A stretch of 64,000 nt of DNA from Christensenellaceae bacterium. GTDB lineage: Bacteria; Bacillota; Clostridia; Christensenellales; CAG-138. The notes beneath the pieces were generated by a model. That model did not search any database. It saw nothing but the letters and a program-made list of their open reading frames with translations, and was not told the DNA's origin. A program made the position numbers and the translations under genes. The stretch's first letter is position 1. Each line of letters starts with the position of its first letter. The stretch is taken from NCBI GenBank assembly GCA_963667195.1, contig OY762962.1, positions 2,138,591 to 2,202,590 of the forward strand, given 5' to 3'. Of the stretch, positions 46,991 through 56,333 are shown in pieces.

Positions 46991-47890
46991 ATGCAAAACG
47001 AACAGGAAAATTCAGAATTGAGCAAGAAAGATATCGGGAAGCTTGTCGTCGTCTCGATTGGGCGGCACACGCGACTCGGGGACATCTTGGAGTATGCGCT
47101 CGCGGGATACTCGTTTGAAACCGTAGATGCAGAACGCCTTTTCAACGAAAGCTGGACGAATCGCAAACTGCTTTTCGCGATAAGTGCCGATGAATCGGAT
47201 GGGAACGCGCATCTGCACACGCTGACTTCGCATTTGCGCGAAAAGGGAGATTTCCTCGAAGGCTGTGTCGTCGCGGCAATCGTGGACGGCGCGCAGGGCG
47301 CGCTTGCGCATCTGGACGCGCTCGCGCTGCTGATGGCAGCAAACCGCGCGGGAACGTCCATCCTGTCGCGCCCGCTGATCGAAGCGGACAGGGAACTGCG
47401 CTTCTGGTCGGGCGGGAGAGAATCGTCCTTCGAGCGATATCGCGCCTCTGCACGTCAGCTCGTGGAGCGCCTCCTTGCGGCGGAAACGACCCCGCCGGAG
47501 CGCCCGCGCGTACGCTTTGCCACCGCGCTGGAGGGCGGCGTCGCGCATGACTGGTCGGGCGTGCTGGAAGAGATCGTCACGGCATCCGGCGGCACGTTTG
47601 AAGATATCATCGCGCCGGACGAGACCGTCTTGCTTTGCGAAAACATGGATGGATTGCCGGAGGAACGGACGCAAGCGCTGCTGAACGCATCTGGCACGCT
47701 TCGCCTGCTGCTCGCCTCGCCAACGCCGGGCGGCGATCTATACGCGAGCGCGATCATCGAGCGCGCATGCATGCGCGGCAACTATTGCCTTGCCCCGCGC
47801 GGTGTGCTCGCGTTCGAAGGCTTGAGCGCGGTCGAGGTGCTGGCGAGTAAACGTGAGCTGGAGCGCGTGAAGGGGATATTCCGGAAATAA
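46991..47890 (+). CDS. Hypothetical protein
   Basis: The 299 aa ORF starts at ATG 46991. The ORF-track extension to 46616 overlaps the DMT gene and was trimmed. I recognised no motif. Confidence 0.45.
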   Translation: MQNEQENSELSKKDIGKLVVVSIGRHTRLGDILEYALAGYSFETVDAERLFNESWTNRKLLFAISADESDGNAHLHTLTSHLREKGDFLEGCVVAAIVDGAQGALAHLDALALLMAANRAGTSILSRPLIEADRELRFWSGGRESSFERYRASARQLVERLLAAETTPPERPRVRFATALEGGVAHDWSGVLEEIVTASGGTFEDIIAPDETVLLCENMDGLPEERTQALLNASGTLRLLLASPTPGGDLYASAIIERACMRGNYCLAPRGVLAFEGLSAVEVLASKRELERVKGIFRK

Positions 47891-47914
47891 CCCTTTGCGT
47901 ATGCCAATATATGG

Positions 47915-48733
47915 TTAGCTAAGATTCTGGATGATCATCTGATATTTCTTTGTCGCCAACTCGCTGGGTTCGCCTTTTTTGCAGAAGTCGAGCTTGGCGA
48001 GTTTTGCATGTGGGCGCTCGACGACGATTTGGCCGTCTCTCAGCTTACTTTGCAAGACCGAGAGCGCGTCCAGAAAGCGCGGGTCGCGCTTTGCCGCGTC
48101 GTAAAACGAGAGCACATACACATAGTAGAAGAGATTGTACTGCAGAAACGGAAACGTGACCTGATGAAACAGCGTGCCGATTCCGTAATGGCACGGTCCA
48201 AGCGGCGCGCGCGTGACCCAATGCCCCAGCAGGAACTCCACCGCGCGATCCAACCGCGCATCCGCGTTGCAATACGACGTGTGGCGAAAGGCATCCAGCG
48301 CGGCGAGCGTCGGCCCGGGGTTGGACGCCTCCGTCTCCGGCCCGTGCCCGAAGAAAAACTTGTTGCAGCGCCAGCCGCCGTCCGCATACTGCGTTTCGAG
48401 CAGGTGCGTCAGCGTCGTCTGCATGCGCGGATCGTTCGCGAAACCTGCCGCGCAGAGCGTGTTTGCCGCGTGAATCGTTTGGCAGGGGAATATGCTGCTC
48501 TTGGGTACCAGCGAGAAGCGCCCGTCCGCGCGCTGCGCCTGCCAGATCAGCGAGCATGCGCCGCTCAGCGCCGGATCGCTTTGATCCAACCCCAGCTCCG
48601 TGAGGATGTAAGCCGCCTCCAGCGTGGAAAACGGCCCGCCCTTGATCAGGTTTCGATCGGGCGTAGACCAGAACTCTGCGCCTTGATCCAGGCTGTGCGA
48701 AAGAATGATGGAAAGATCGGATGAGACGTCCAT
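47915..48733 (-). CDS. Prenyltransferase/squalene-oxidase repeat (terpenoid cyclase-like alpha/alpha toroid) protein
   Basis: It contains repeated QxxDGxW/F-like units (QAQRADGRFS, TQYADGGWRCN). Confidence 0.6.
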   Translation of the reverse strand: MDVSSDLSIILSHSLDQGAEFWSTPDRNLIKGGPFSTLEAAYILTELGLDQSDPALSGACSLIWQAQRADGRFSLVPKSSIFPCQTIHAANTLCAAGFANDPRMQTTLTHLLETQYADGGWRCNKFFFGHGPETEASNPGPTLAALDAFRHTSYCNADARLDRAVEFLLGHWVTRAPLGPCHYGIGTLFHQVTFPFLQYNLFYYVYVLSFYDAAKRDPRFLDALSVLQSKLRDGQIVVERPHAKLAKLDFCKKGEPSELATKKYQMIIQNLS

Positions 48734-48804
48734 AATATCCTCCTGTCATTGGCAGTCGTTGATGACTTGTGCCGGAGTCGAGTACTTCATAAATATGAAA
48801 CAAG

Positions 48805-49299
48805 CTACAGCTTTTTTTCGTACAGGTAGAATAAGCCCTTCCGATACGAAATCTCGCCCGCTTTTTGATACCCGCGCGATTCATACAGATGCAGCGCGGT
48901 CGGGTTTTGCGAAAACGCGTCGAGCCGGATCGTTTGAATTCCGCGCGCGCGGACTTCGTTTTCCAGATAATCCATCGCCTGACGCGCAACGCCCTGCCCT
49001 TGAAAATCCGGGTGGACGCAGAGGCGGTGGAGCACCACGATGTCCTGCTCGCAATATCGCCAGGCTGCGGTTTCGTAGTCCGAATCCTCACAAAAATCCA
49101 ACATAAACGCAACCGCGATGTGCCCGTCAATTTTTCCGATGGTCATATTCCCGCGCGCGATATCCTCGCTGAGAATTCCCTCATCCGGGTAGATTTCGTC
49201 CCACTGATAAACGCCGTTCGCATCCATCCGCGTCGTAGCGGCGCGAAAGAGACGCAGGATCTCCGCAAGGTCTTCCGCCTGCGCAGTTGAAAAATTCAT
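48805..49299 (-). CDS. GNAT-family N-acetyltransferase
   Basis: The acetyl-CoA binding block reads LHRLCVHPDFQGQGVARQAMDYLE. A GGAGG RBS precedes ATG 49299. Confidence 0.85.
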   Translation of the reverse strand: MNFSTAQAEDLAEILRLFRAATTRMDANGVYQWDEIYPDEGILSEDIARGNMTIGKIDGHIAVAFMLDFCEDSDYETAAWRYCEQDIVVLHRLCVHPDFQGQGVARQAMDYLENEVRARGIQTIRLDAFSQNPTALHLYESRGYQKAGEISYRKGLFYLYEKKL

Positions 49300-49904
49300 C
49301 TCCGCCTCCAACGATTCTGTGATACAATATTATACCGTGAGGAATGACCCAAGAGTGAGAAAAATCGGTAAACTAATCGCATAAAATTCAGCGATAATGC
49401 ATGACTATACAACTTTTTATCACGCCTTCACCCGAGCGCGACGTTTGGTTGACTTTTCCTCATTTTTGACAAAAAACCGCTTAAAATAAGGAGTTTTGCC
49501 ACTAAATTTTACGCTGATGTGAATTTTTTGTTGACTTTGAGCGTGCATATATGTTTATATATAATATAATCGTCTAGCAATCGATCAGACGACAATACGA
49601 GTTGGAATCGGGCGTATATACATACGCCCGAACGAATTGTTTCAGGCTCAGGTGCATCGTTGCCGGCGCGTTTGGCGCACGGGCAAAGACGAAAAACGTC
49701 CACTGTTGCGAGTTTCGTCGGTGCACGACAGAGCGGAAACAGCGTTTTATTCCGGCAAGGTGTCAGGGTGGGGCGGAGCGAAAACACAGATTGCCGGCCT
49801 TGACAAGCGAAAATTGGAACGATAATCAGCTCCAATTCATCAGGATCCCATATTACGAACCCGGGGGTACTTTGGATGAAACAGAAACACGGTGGTAACA
49901 AAAC

Positions 49905-50819
49905 ATGCTGAAATACGTATTGAAGCGAATCTTCTCTGCATTCCTGGCGGTGATTATTCTAATCACGGCAACCTTTTTCCTCATGCATATGGTTCCCGGC
50001 AGCCCGTTCCTTTCCGAGAGAATGACGGACACGGTCAAAGCCAACCTGGAAAAGAAATACGGCCTTGATAAACCGCTGACTACGCAGTATGCGATCTATT
50101 TAAAGAACCTTGTTGAAGGCGACATGGGCACCTCTCTTCAGAAGAAGGGCCGTACAGTCACCGGTATCATTGAGGAAAAATTCCCATACTCCGCGAAGCT
50201 TGGCTTGTTTGCCATCGTGCTTGCGGTGTGCATCGGCATTCCGCTTGGAGCGATTGCCGCGATTAAGCATGATAAACTGATCGACCGGCTGGTGATGCTG
50301 TTCACGACGGTCTTCATATCCGTGCCTGGATTTGTATTCGGTACGTTGCTCCTGGTCATATTCTGCGCGGTCCTAAAGATTGCGCCTGCGACCTGGAGCA
50401 ATACACCCGCAAACTATGTGCTGCCCGTGATTTCGCTTTCGTTCTACCCGATTTGCTATATTACGAAACTTACGCGTTCCTCCATGCTGGAAACGCTCGG
50501 ACAGGACTACATCAAAACCGCTCATGCGAAGGGCCTTTCCGCGTTTGTGGTCAACTTCAAGCATGCGCTCAAGAACTCTATCATTCCGGTTATCTCTTAT
50601 GTTGGACCTCTCACCGCGTTCCTCATCACCGGCACATTTGCGGTTGAGAAGCTCTTCAGCGTGCCCGGACTCGGACGGTTCTTTGTGGACAGTGTGTCCA
50701 ACCGCGACTATCCCGTGATTATGGGAACAACGATCTTTCTAGGATGCGTGATGGTACTGATGAATCTGATTGTAGATTTCATCTATGGCATGGTCGATCC
50801 CAGAATCAAGCTGCGATAA
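49905..50819 (+). CDS. oppB: Oligopeptide/dipeptide ABC transporter permease (OppB/DppB type)
   Basis: The N-terminal MLKYVLKRI...LPGSPF-like motif reads HMVPGSPF. It also has the EAA-like loop YIKTAHAKGLS. Confidence 0.9.
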   Translation: MLKYVLKRIFSAFLAVIILITATFFLMHMVPGSPFLSERMTDTVKANLEKKYGLDKPLTTQYAIYLKNLVEGDMGTSLQKKGRTVTGIIEEKFPYSAKLGLFAIVLAVCIGIPLGAIAAIKHDKLIDRLVMLFTTVFISVPGFVFGTLLLVIFCAVLKIAPATWSNTPANYVLPVISLSFYPICYITKLTRSSMLETLGQDYIKTAHAKGLSAFVVNFKHALKNSIIPVISYVGPLTAFLITGTFAVEKLFSVPGLGRFFVDSVSNRDYPVIMGTTIFLGCVMVLMNLIVDFIYGMVDPRIKLR

Positions 50820-50830
50820 GCGAGGGGACC

Positions 50831-51862
50831 ATGAAGAAGATAGAAGAAAAGAAAACCAAAGTCAGCCTGCGTCTCAATCCGTTGAGCATGCATGTCAACC
50901 CTGACCTCTTTGTTCCGGCTTCGGACGAAGAGAAACAGGATCTTGTCGTCATCCGTCAGGGAACGTCTCTCTGGAAAGACGCGATGCGCCGCTTCCGCAA
51001 GAACAAGTTTGCGATGGTTGCTCTTGTGCTGATCATCATACTGTTCCTGTTTGCGTTTGTCGGTCCATTGCTCTCCCATTATGATTATGATCAGTTCAAT
51101 CAGGGACAGGAAGACCTGAACCCGAACTGGGCGCACCCCTTCGGAACGGATCGATTCGGACGCGACCTATTGGTTCGCACCATGTACGGCGCGCGAATTT
51201 CGCTCTCGATCGGCGTAATAGCAGCGATGCTAACGTTGGTGATCGGTTCGCTCTATGGTTCGATCAGCGGCTTTGCAGGCGGTAAGACGGATAACATCAT
51301 GATGCGTATCATCGATGTCATCTACTCCTTGCCAGACCTGTTGGTGGTCATTCTACTCTCGGCAACATTGAAGGGCCCGCTGGAGGAAATGCTGGCAAAG
51401 AGCAAAGTATTCTCCGGCATCAGCGAGCTGGGACCTGCGTTCTTCTCGATGCTGATCGTGTTCGCGCTCATGTATTGGGGCACGATGGCGCGTATTGTGC
51501 GCGGCGAAGTGCTTCGCATCAAGGAGCAGGAGTATGTGCTGGCGGCTCGCGCGATGGGCGCGACCGGCGGGCGTATTATTCGCCGCCATATTCTGCCGAA
51601 CTGTATCGGTCCGATCATCGTCACAACCACGTTGCAGATTCCCTCGGCGATCTTTACCGAGTCGTTCTTAAGCTTCATCGGCCTTGGCATTTCCGCACCG
51701 CTTGCGTCCTTAGGTTCGATGGTGACGGATGCGCTGCAAGGTGTTTACTCCTTCCCGTCCCGCGTGGTGTTTCCTTCCGTAATTATCGCCCTGATCATTC
51801 TTGCGTTTAACACCGTGGGCGATGCGCTTCGGGATGTACTTGATCCGAGAATGAAGAAGTAG
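50831..51862 (+). CDS. oppC: Oligopeptide/dipeptide ABC transporter permease (OppC/DppC type)
   Basis: OppC-type blocks are HPFGTDRFGRDL and EYVLAARAMGA. Confidence 0.9.
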   Translation: MKKIEEKKTKVSLRLNPLSMHVNPDLFVPASDEEKQDLVVIRQGTSLWKDAMRRFRKNKFAMVALVLIIILFLFAFVGPLLSHYDYDQFNQGQEDLNPNWAHPFGTDRFGRDLLVRTMYGARISLSIGVIAAMLTLVIGSLYGSISGFAGGKTDNIMMRIIDVIYSLPDLLVVILLSATLKGPLEEMLAKSKVFSGISELGPAFFSMLIVFALMYWGTMARIVRGEVLRIKEQEYVLAARAMGATGGRIIRRHILPNCIGPIIVTTTLQIPSAIFTESFLSFIGLGISAPLASLGSMVTDALQGVYSFPSRVVFPSVIIALIILAFNTVGDALRDVLDPRMKK

Positions 51863-51872
51863 AGGTGCGGCT

Positions 51873-52859
51873 TTGGAAAACAAGCATTTGATCGATATAG
51901 AGGATTTACGCGTTTCGTTCTTTACACCGGGCGGAGAAGTTCAGGCTGTCCGCGGTGTATCCTGGTTCTTGAACGAAGGCGAAGCACTGGGCATCGTTGG
52001 TGAATCCGGCAGCGGCAAGTCCGTTTCCGCATATGCCATCATGCGCCTGCTACAGTCTCCCGGCCGCGTGATCGGCGGCACCATCCGTTTCAACGGCATC
52101 GATATGCTGAGCCTGTCGGAATCCGATATGCGCCATATTCGCGGCAACGATATCGCGATGATCTTTCAGGACCCGATGACCTCGCTCAACCCGGTCTATA
52201 CGGTTGGCGATCAGCTCCGCGAGCCGCTGAAGCTGCACCTGAACATGAAGGGCAAGGAAGCGACCAAGCGCGCGGAGGAACTCCTGTCAATGGTTGGCAT
52301 TCCGGACCCGAAGCGTCGCCTGAAACAGTACCCGTTTGAGTTTTCCGGCGGCATGCGTCAGCGCGCGATGATCTCGATGGCGCTGGCCTGCGAACCCAAG
52401 CTCTTGATTGCCGACGAGCCCACAACCGCGCTCGACGTCACGATTCAGGCACAGATTCTGGAGATCATGAAGGATCTCAAGAAGCGCTGCTGCATGAGCA
52501 TCGTGCTGATCACGCATGATCTTGGCATCGTTTCGGATATCTGCGATAAAATCATCATCATGTACAGCGGCGAGATCATGGAATACGGCCCGATCGAGAC
52601 CCTGTTTGCCAATCCCAAACACCCGTATACCATCGGCTTGATCCGCTCTCTCCCGAAGATCGATCAAAAGGAAGGCGAACCTCTCACGCCGATCGAGGGT
52701 TCTCCTGTCGATTTGATGCATCCGCCGGCCGGCTGCCCGTTTGCGCCGCGCTGCGAGCATTGCATGAAGGTCTGTTTGACCGAGAAACCGCCGTATTTTG
52801 AGTTGGAGCCGGGACATTATTCGGCCTGCTGGCTACAATACGACCGGAAGGAACGCTGA
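51873..52859 (+). CDS. oppD: Oligopeptide ABC transporter ATP-binding protein (OppD type)
   Basis: It has Walker A GESGSGKS, the signature FSGGMRQR, Walker B LIADEPTTALD and the C-terminal oligopeptide domain CPFAPRC. The start codon is TTG. Confidence 0.9.
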   Translation: MENKHLIDIEDLRVSFFTPGGEVQAVRGVSWFLNEGEALGIVGESGSGKSVSAYAIMRLLQSPGRVIGGTIRFNGIDMLSLSESDMRHIRGNDIAMIFQDPMTSLNPVYTVGDQLREPLKLHLNMKGKEATKRAEELLSMVGIPDPKRRLKQYPFEFSGGMRQRAMISMALACEPKLLIADEPTTALDVTIQAQILEIMKDLKKRCCMSIVLITHDLGIVSDICDKIIIMYSGEIMEYGPIETLFANPKHPYTIGLIRSLPKIDQKEGEPLTPIEGSPVDLMHPPAGCPFAPRCEHCMKVCLTEKPPYFELEPGHYSACWLQYDRKER

Positions 52860-52862
52860 GCC

Positions 52863-53828
52863 ATGGAAAAATTGCTGGAAGTCAAAAATCTCAAGAAATA
52901 CTTTCTGATTAAAGGCGAAAAAGCAGGCCATAATCAGTTGCGCGCCGTTGACGATATTTCGATTGATATTTTCAAGGGCGAAACGCTAGGCTTGGTCGGC
53001 GAATCCGGCAGCGGAAAAACGACCGCTGGACGCACACTGCTTCGGCTTTATGAGCCGACGGGCGGACAGATCCTTTACAACGGCAAGGACATCACGAAAG
53101 TGAAGATGCAGCCGTACCGCCGCAAGATGCAGTACATTTTCCAGGATCCGTACGCCTCTTTGAACCCGCGTATGACGGTTGGAGACATCGTTGCGGAACC
53201 GATCGATATCCACCACCTCGCGCACAGCAGCGCCGAGCGCAAGGAACTCATCGATCACTTGATGGATCAGGTCGGACTCAACAGCGAGCAGGCAACGCGT
53301 TATCCGCATGAATTCTCCGGCGGACAACGGCAGCGCATCGGCATTGCGCGGGCGCTTGCGGTAGAGCCGGAATTCATCGTTTGCGACGAGCCGGTCTCCG
53401 CCCTGGATGTTTCGATTCAGGCGCAGATCATCAATATGCTTGAAAAGCTCCAGCGGGATATGGGGCTGACGTATCTGTTTATCGCGCATGATCTTGCGGT
53501 CGTCAAGCACATTTCCCAGCGAATCGCGGTCATGTACCTTGGAAAAATCGTAGAAGTAACGGACACGCGCGAACTGCATGCGCATCCGCTTCACCCATAT
53601 ACGCGCGCGTTGCTGTCTGCGATTCCGGCATTTGATCCGAAGATCAACCGTGAACGCAAGCGTATCATTCTGCAAGGCGAAATCCCGAACCCGTTAAATC
53701 CGCCGAAAGGCTGTGTATTTTCCACACGCTGTCCTTACGCAAAGGACATTTGTCGGGAGCAGGGCCCGGTTCTCAAAGAAGTGGGCTCCGGACACCACGT
53801 TGCCTGCCACTTTGCAGGCGAAATCTAA
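52863..53828 (+). CDS. oppF: Oligopeptide ABC transporter ATP-binding protein (OppF type)
   Basis: It has the motifs GESGSGKTT, FSGGQRQR, IVCDEPVSALD and CVFSTRCP. Confidence 0.9.
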   Translation: MEKLLEVKNLKKYFLIKGEKAGHNQLRAVDDISIDIFKGETLGLVGESGSGKTTAGRTLLRLYEPTGGQILYNGKDITKVKMQPYRRKMQYIFQDPYASLNPRMTVGDIVAEPIDIHHLAHSSAERKELIDHLMDQVGLNSEQATRYPHEFSGGQRQRIGIARALAVEPEFIVCDEPVSALDVSIQAQIINMLEKLQRDMGLTYLFIAHDLAVVKHISQRIAVMYLGKIVEVTDTRELHAHPLHPYTRALLSAIPAFDPKINRERKRIILQGEIPNPLNPPKGCVFSTRCPYAKDICREQGPVLKEVGSGHHVACHFAGEI

Positions 53829-53877
53829 AACAGTCCCCAGCAGGCCAGTGCCTGTAATAAATAAGGAGGAAGTTGGA

Positions 53878-55599
53878 ATGAAAAAAACTCTAGCCTTGGT
53901 ACTTACCCTGGTCATGATCGTTTCCCTCGCATTCAGCATGGTCGGATGCAAAGTAGCGGACACCGCTGCAACCGCAACCACCGCGCCTGAGGCAGCAACG
54001 GAAGCGCCGGCCGCAACCGCAGCACCGATTACGGTTCCCGAAACCAGCGCGACCGTTTGCGTTGGACCGGAACCCGCAACCCTCGACCCGAACATGAACG
54101 AGTCGGTTGATGGTATGATCTACATCACGCATCTGTATGAAGGTCTCTATCGCCCCAACACCGACGGTTCGTTCTCGCTCGGCCAGGCCAAAGATGTTAC
54201 GATCACCGATAACGCTGATGGCACCGCGCACGTGGTTGCCACGCTCCGTGACGACATCTTCTGGAGTGACGGCAAGCCCGTTACCGCCAACGATTTCGTG
54301 TACTCCTGGAAGCGTCTGTGCGATCCGGCCACCGGTTCTTCGTACGGCTACATCGGTCAGGACTTCTTCGCCAACGGTGGCGACGTCCGTGACGGCGTTG
54401 TGACCCCGGATCAGCTCAGCGTCAAAGCAGTCGATGACAAGACGCTCGAGTTTGACATCACCGCGAATGTTCCTTACACGAAGGACCTGCTGGCGTTCCC
54501 GAGCCTGATGCCGCTGCGTCAGGATATCGTGGAAGCGAATCCCGAGGGCTGGTCTGTTGAAGCCGCCTCTCAGGTTTCCAACGGCCGTTATGTTCTCACT
54601 GAGTTTGCTCATGAGAGCCAGATCGTTCTGACGATGAGCACCACCTATTGGGATGCAGCTTCCACGAAGCTCGGCACCCTGAAGTGCATGCTGTCCGATG
54701 ACGACAACGCCATTCTCGCCGCGTTCAAGGCCGGAGACCTGGATCTTGCTGATTCGTTCCCGACCGACGAACTCGCAGCTCTGCGTTCGACGCCGGAATA
54801 CAAGCAGTATGGCCAGATTGGTCTGTACTACCTTGAGATCCAGCAGATCGATGGCGGTGCGGAAGTCCTGAAGGACCTCAACGTTCGTGAAGCGCTCTCT
54901 CTGGCAATCGACCGCGATTACGTCAACCAGACCGTTTGGGCTGGCTCCCGCATTCCGGCTTACGCGCTGATTCCGTACGGCATCCCTGATGCCACCGCGG
55001 GCAGCGACTTCCGTAAGACCGCTGGCGATGTCGTCGGTGGAAACCTGACGACCGATTACACGGCGAATGTTGCAAAGGCGAAGGAACTGCTTGCTGCCGC
55101 TGGCTATGCGGATGGTAAGGGCTTCCCGAAGCTTGAGATCAGCATCAACGAGAACACCGGCCACCAGGCAGTTGCGGAAGCAATCATGCAGATGTGGCAG
55201 GAGAACCTGGGCATCACCGTTGAGCTCGCCACCATGGATTGGGCAACCTTCCAAGGCTACCGCAAGACCTCTGATTGCGAAATCGCACGTCAGGGTTGGG
55301 TCGGCGACTACACGGATCCCGCAACGTTCTTTGACCTCTTCACGTCTACCGCAGGCACGAACGATGGTCACTACAACAACCCGGAATACGATAAGCTCGT
55401 CATCGGCGCGCGCACGGAGCAGGATACTGCGAAGCGTATGGAGATGTATCATCAGGCAGAAGCGATCATCATGAACGATATGCCGATCATCCCGATCGTG
55501 TTCTATGCTGACGACGTGTTGGCGCAGACCACCTTCACCGGCTTTGGTGTAACCGGTACGGGCCTCAAGATGTTCTGGGACGCGGTCAACGCGAAATAA
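53878..55599 (+). CDS. oppA: Peptide ABC transporter substrate-binding lipoprotein (SBP family 5, OppA type)
   Basis: It has a signal peptide with lipobox SMVGC and an Ala/Thr-rich linker. The family-5 SBP body includes WSDGKPVTANDFVYSW. Confidence 0.9.
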   Translation: MKKTLALVLTLVMIVSLAFSMVGCKVADTAATATTAPEAATEAPAATAAPITVPETSATVCVGPEPATLDPNMNESVDGMIYITHLYEGLYRPNTDGSFSLGQAKDVTITDNADGTAHVVATLRDDIFWSDGKPVTANDFVYSWKRLCDPATGSSYGYIGQDFFANGGDVRDGVVTPDQLSVKAVDDKTLEFDITANVPYTKDLLAFPSLMPLRQDIVEANPEGWSVEAASQVSNGRYVLTEFAHESQIVLTMSTTYWDAASTKLGTLKCMLSDDDNAILAAFKAGDLDLADSFPTDELAALRSTPEYKQYGQIGLYYLEIQQIDGGAEVLKDLNVREALSLAIDRDYVNQTVWAGSRIPAYALIPYGIPDATAGSDFRKTAGDVVGGNLTTDYTANVAKAKELLAAAGYADGKGFPKLEISINENTGHQAVAEAIMQMWQENLGITVELATMDWATFQGYRKTSDCEIARQGWVGDYTDPATFFDLFTSTAGTNDGHYNNPEYDKLVIGARTEQDTAKRMEMYHQAEAIIMNDMPIIPIVFYADDVLAQTTFTGFGVTGTGLKMFWDAVNAK

Positions 55600-55632
55600 G
55601 AACAACTACTAAGCCCTAACGAAACCAACGCA

Positions 55633-55666
55633 AACAGCCCCGCAGTTGAACTGCGGGGCTGTTTTT
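55633..55666 (+). terminator. Rho-independent terminator of the opp operon
   Basis: The sequence is CAGCCCCGCAG-TTGAA-CTGCGGGGCTG followed by TTTTT. Confidence 0.8.
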
Positions 55667-55762
55667 ATGACGAAGCAAGAGAACGCTGGAATTGGAGGGC
55701 ACGAATGTGGTACTATCGTTGCAGATATTGATTGGAATGATAGAGAAGAGGATTTTGAAACG

Positions 55763-56233
55763 ATGAAATTCGCGGGAACACTGTTAGCCGTGCGCGATAT
55801 CAACCGCGCAAGGAAGCTCTATGAAGGCCTGCTGGGCTGTAAGGTGTCGATGGACCTGGGCGTCTATGTCGCCTACACGAACGGAATCTCGCTGCAGGCG
55901 GAGGAAACGTGGCTTTCGTTTATTGAACGGGAAACGGACGATATCGTATACGGCGCAAACGACGCGGAGCTCTATTTTGACGAGCACGAGATTGAGTCGT
56001 TCTTTATCCGTTTGCGCGTGTTTGACGTGGAGTTGATTCATGGGCTGAAGGAGCACAGCTGGGGTCAACGCGTCGTTCGCTTCTACGATATGGACGGGCA
56101 CATCATCGAGGTTGGAGAGCACATGAGCGATGTCGCACGCAGATTCCTTTGCGAGGGCATGACGCACGAACAGGCCGCAAAACGGATGGAGATTCCGTTG
56201 GAGATGCTGGATGCATTCCTGAGAGACGAGTAA
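55763..56233 (+). CDS. VOC (glyoxalase/bleomycin-resistance) family protein
   Basis: It is ~156 aa. MKFAGTLLAVRDINRARKLYEGLLG is a typical VOC beta-alpha-beta-beta-beta start. Confidence 0.7.
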   Translation: MKFAGTLLAVRDINRARKLYEGLLGCKVSMDLGVYVAYTNGISLQAEETWLSFIERETDDIVYGANDAELYFDEHEIESFFIRLRVFDVELIHGLKEHSWGQRVVRFYDMDGHIIEVGEHMSDVARRFLCEGMTHEQAAKRMEIPLEMLDAFLRDE

Positions 56234-56293
56234 TGCTGGATTGTATTTGATTGAAACTACTTTATAATGCAAGACCGATCGTAAATCAAGCAA

Positions 56294-56325
56294 CAAAAAA
56301 AGGCGCCGTCAGGCGCCCTTTTTGT
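56294..56325. terminator. Bidirectional terminator
   Basis: AAAAAAAGGCGCC-GTCA-GGCGCCCTTTTT lies between convergent genes. Confidence 0.65.
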
Positions 56326-56333
56326 ATGATCGA

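Noticed and set aside
49875-49900. A GGTGGTA-containing stretch just upstream of oppB that resembles the T-box core
   Set aside because: No specifier loop, AGAGA/GNUGGNA context or terminator/antiterminator alternative could be found. It is too close to the start codon, where it more likely includes the RBS region.
53890-55605. A 571 aa ORF on the minus strand
   Set aside because: It is antisense to oppA. The translation is Arg/Val/Gly-rich junk, while oppA has a lipoprotein signal and family-5 SBP blocks.
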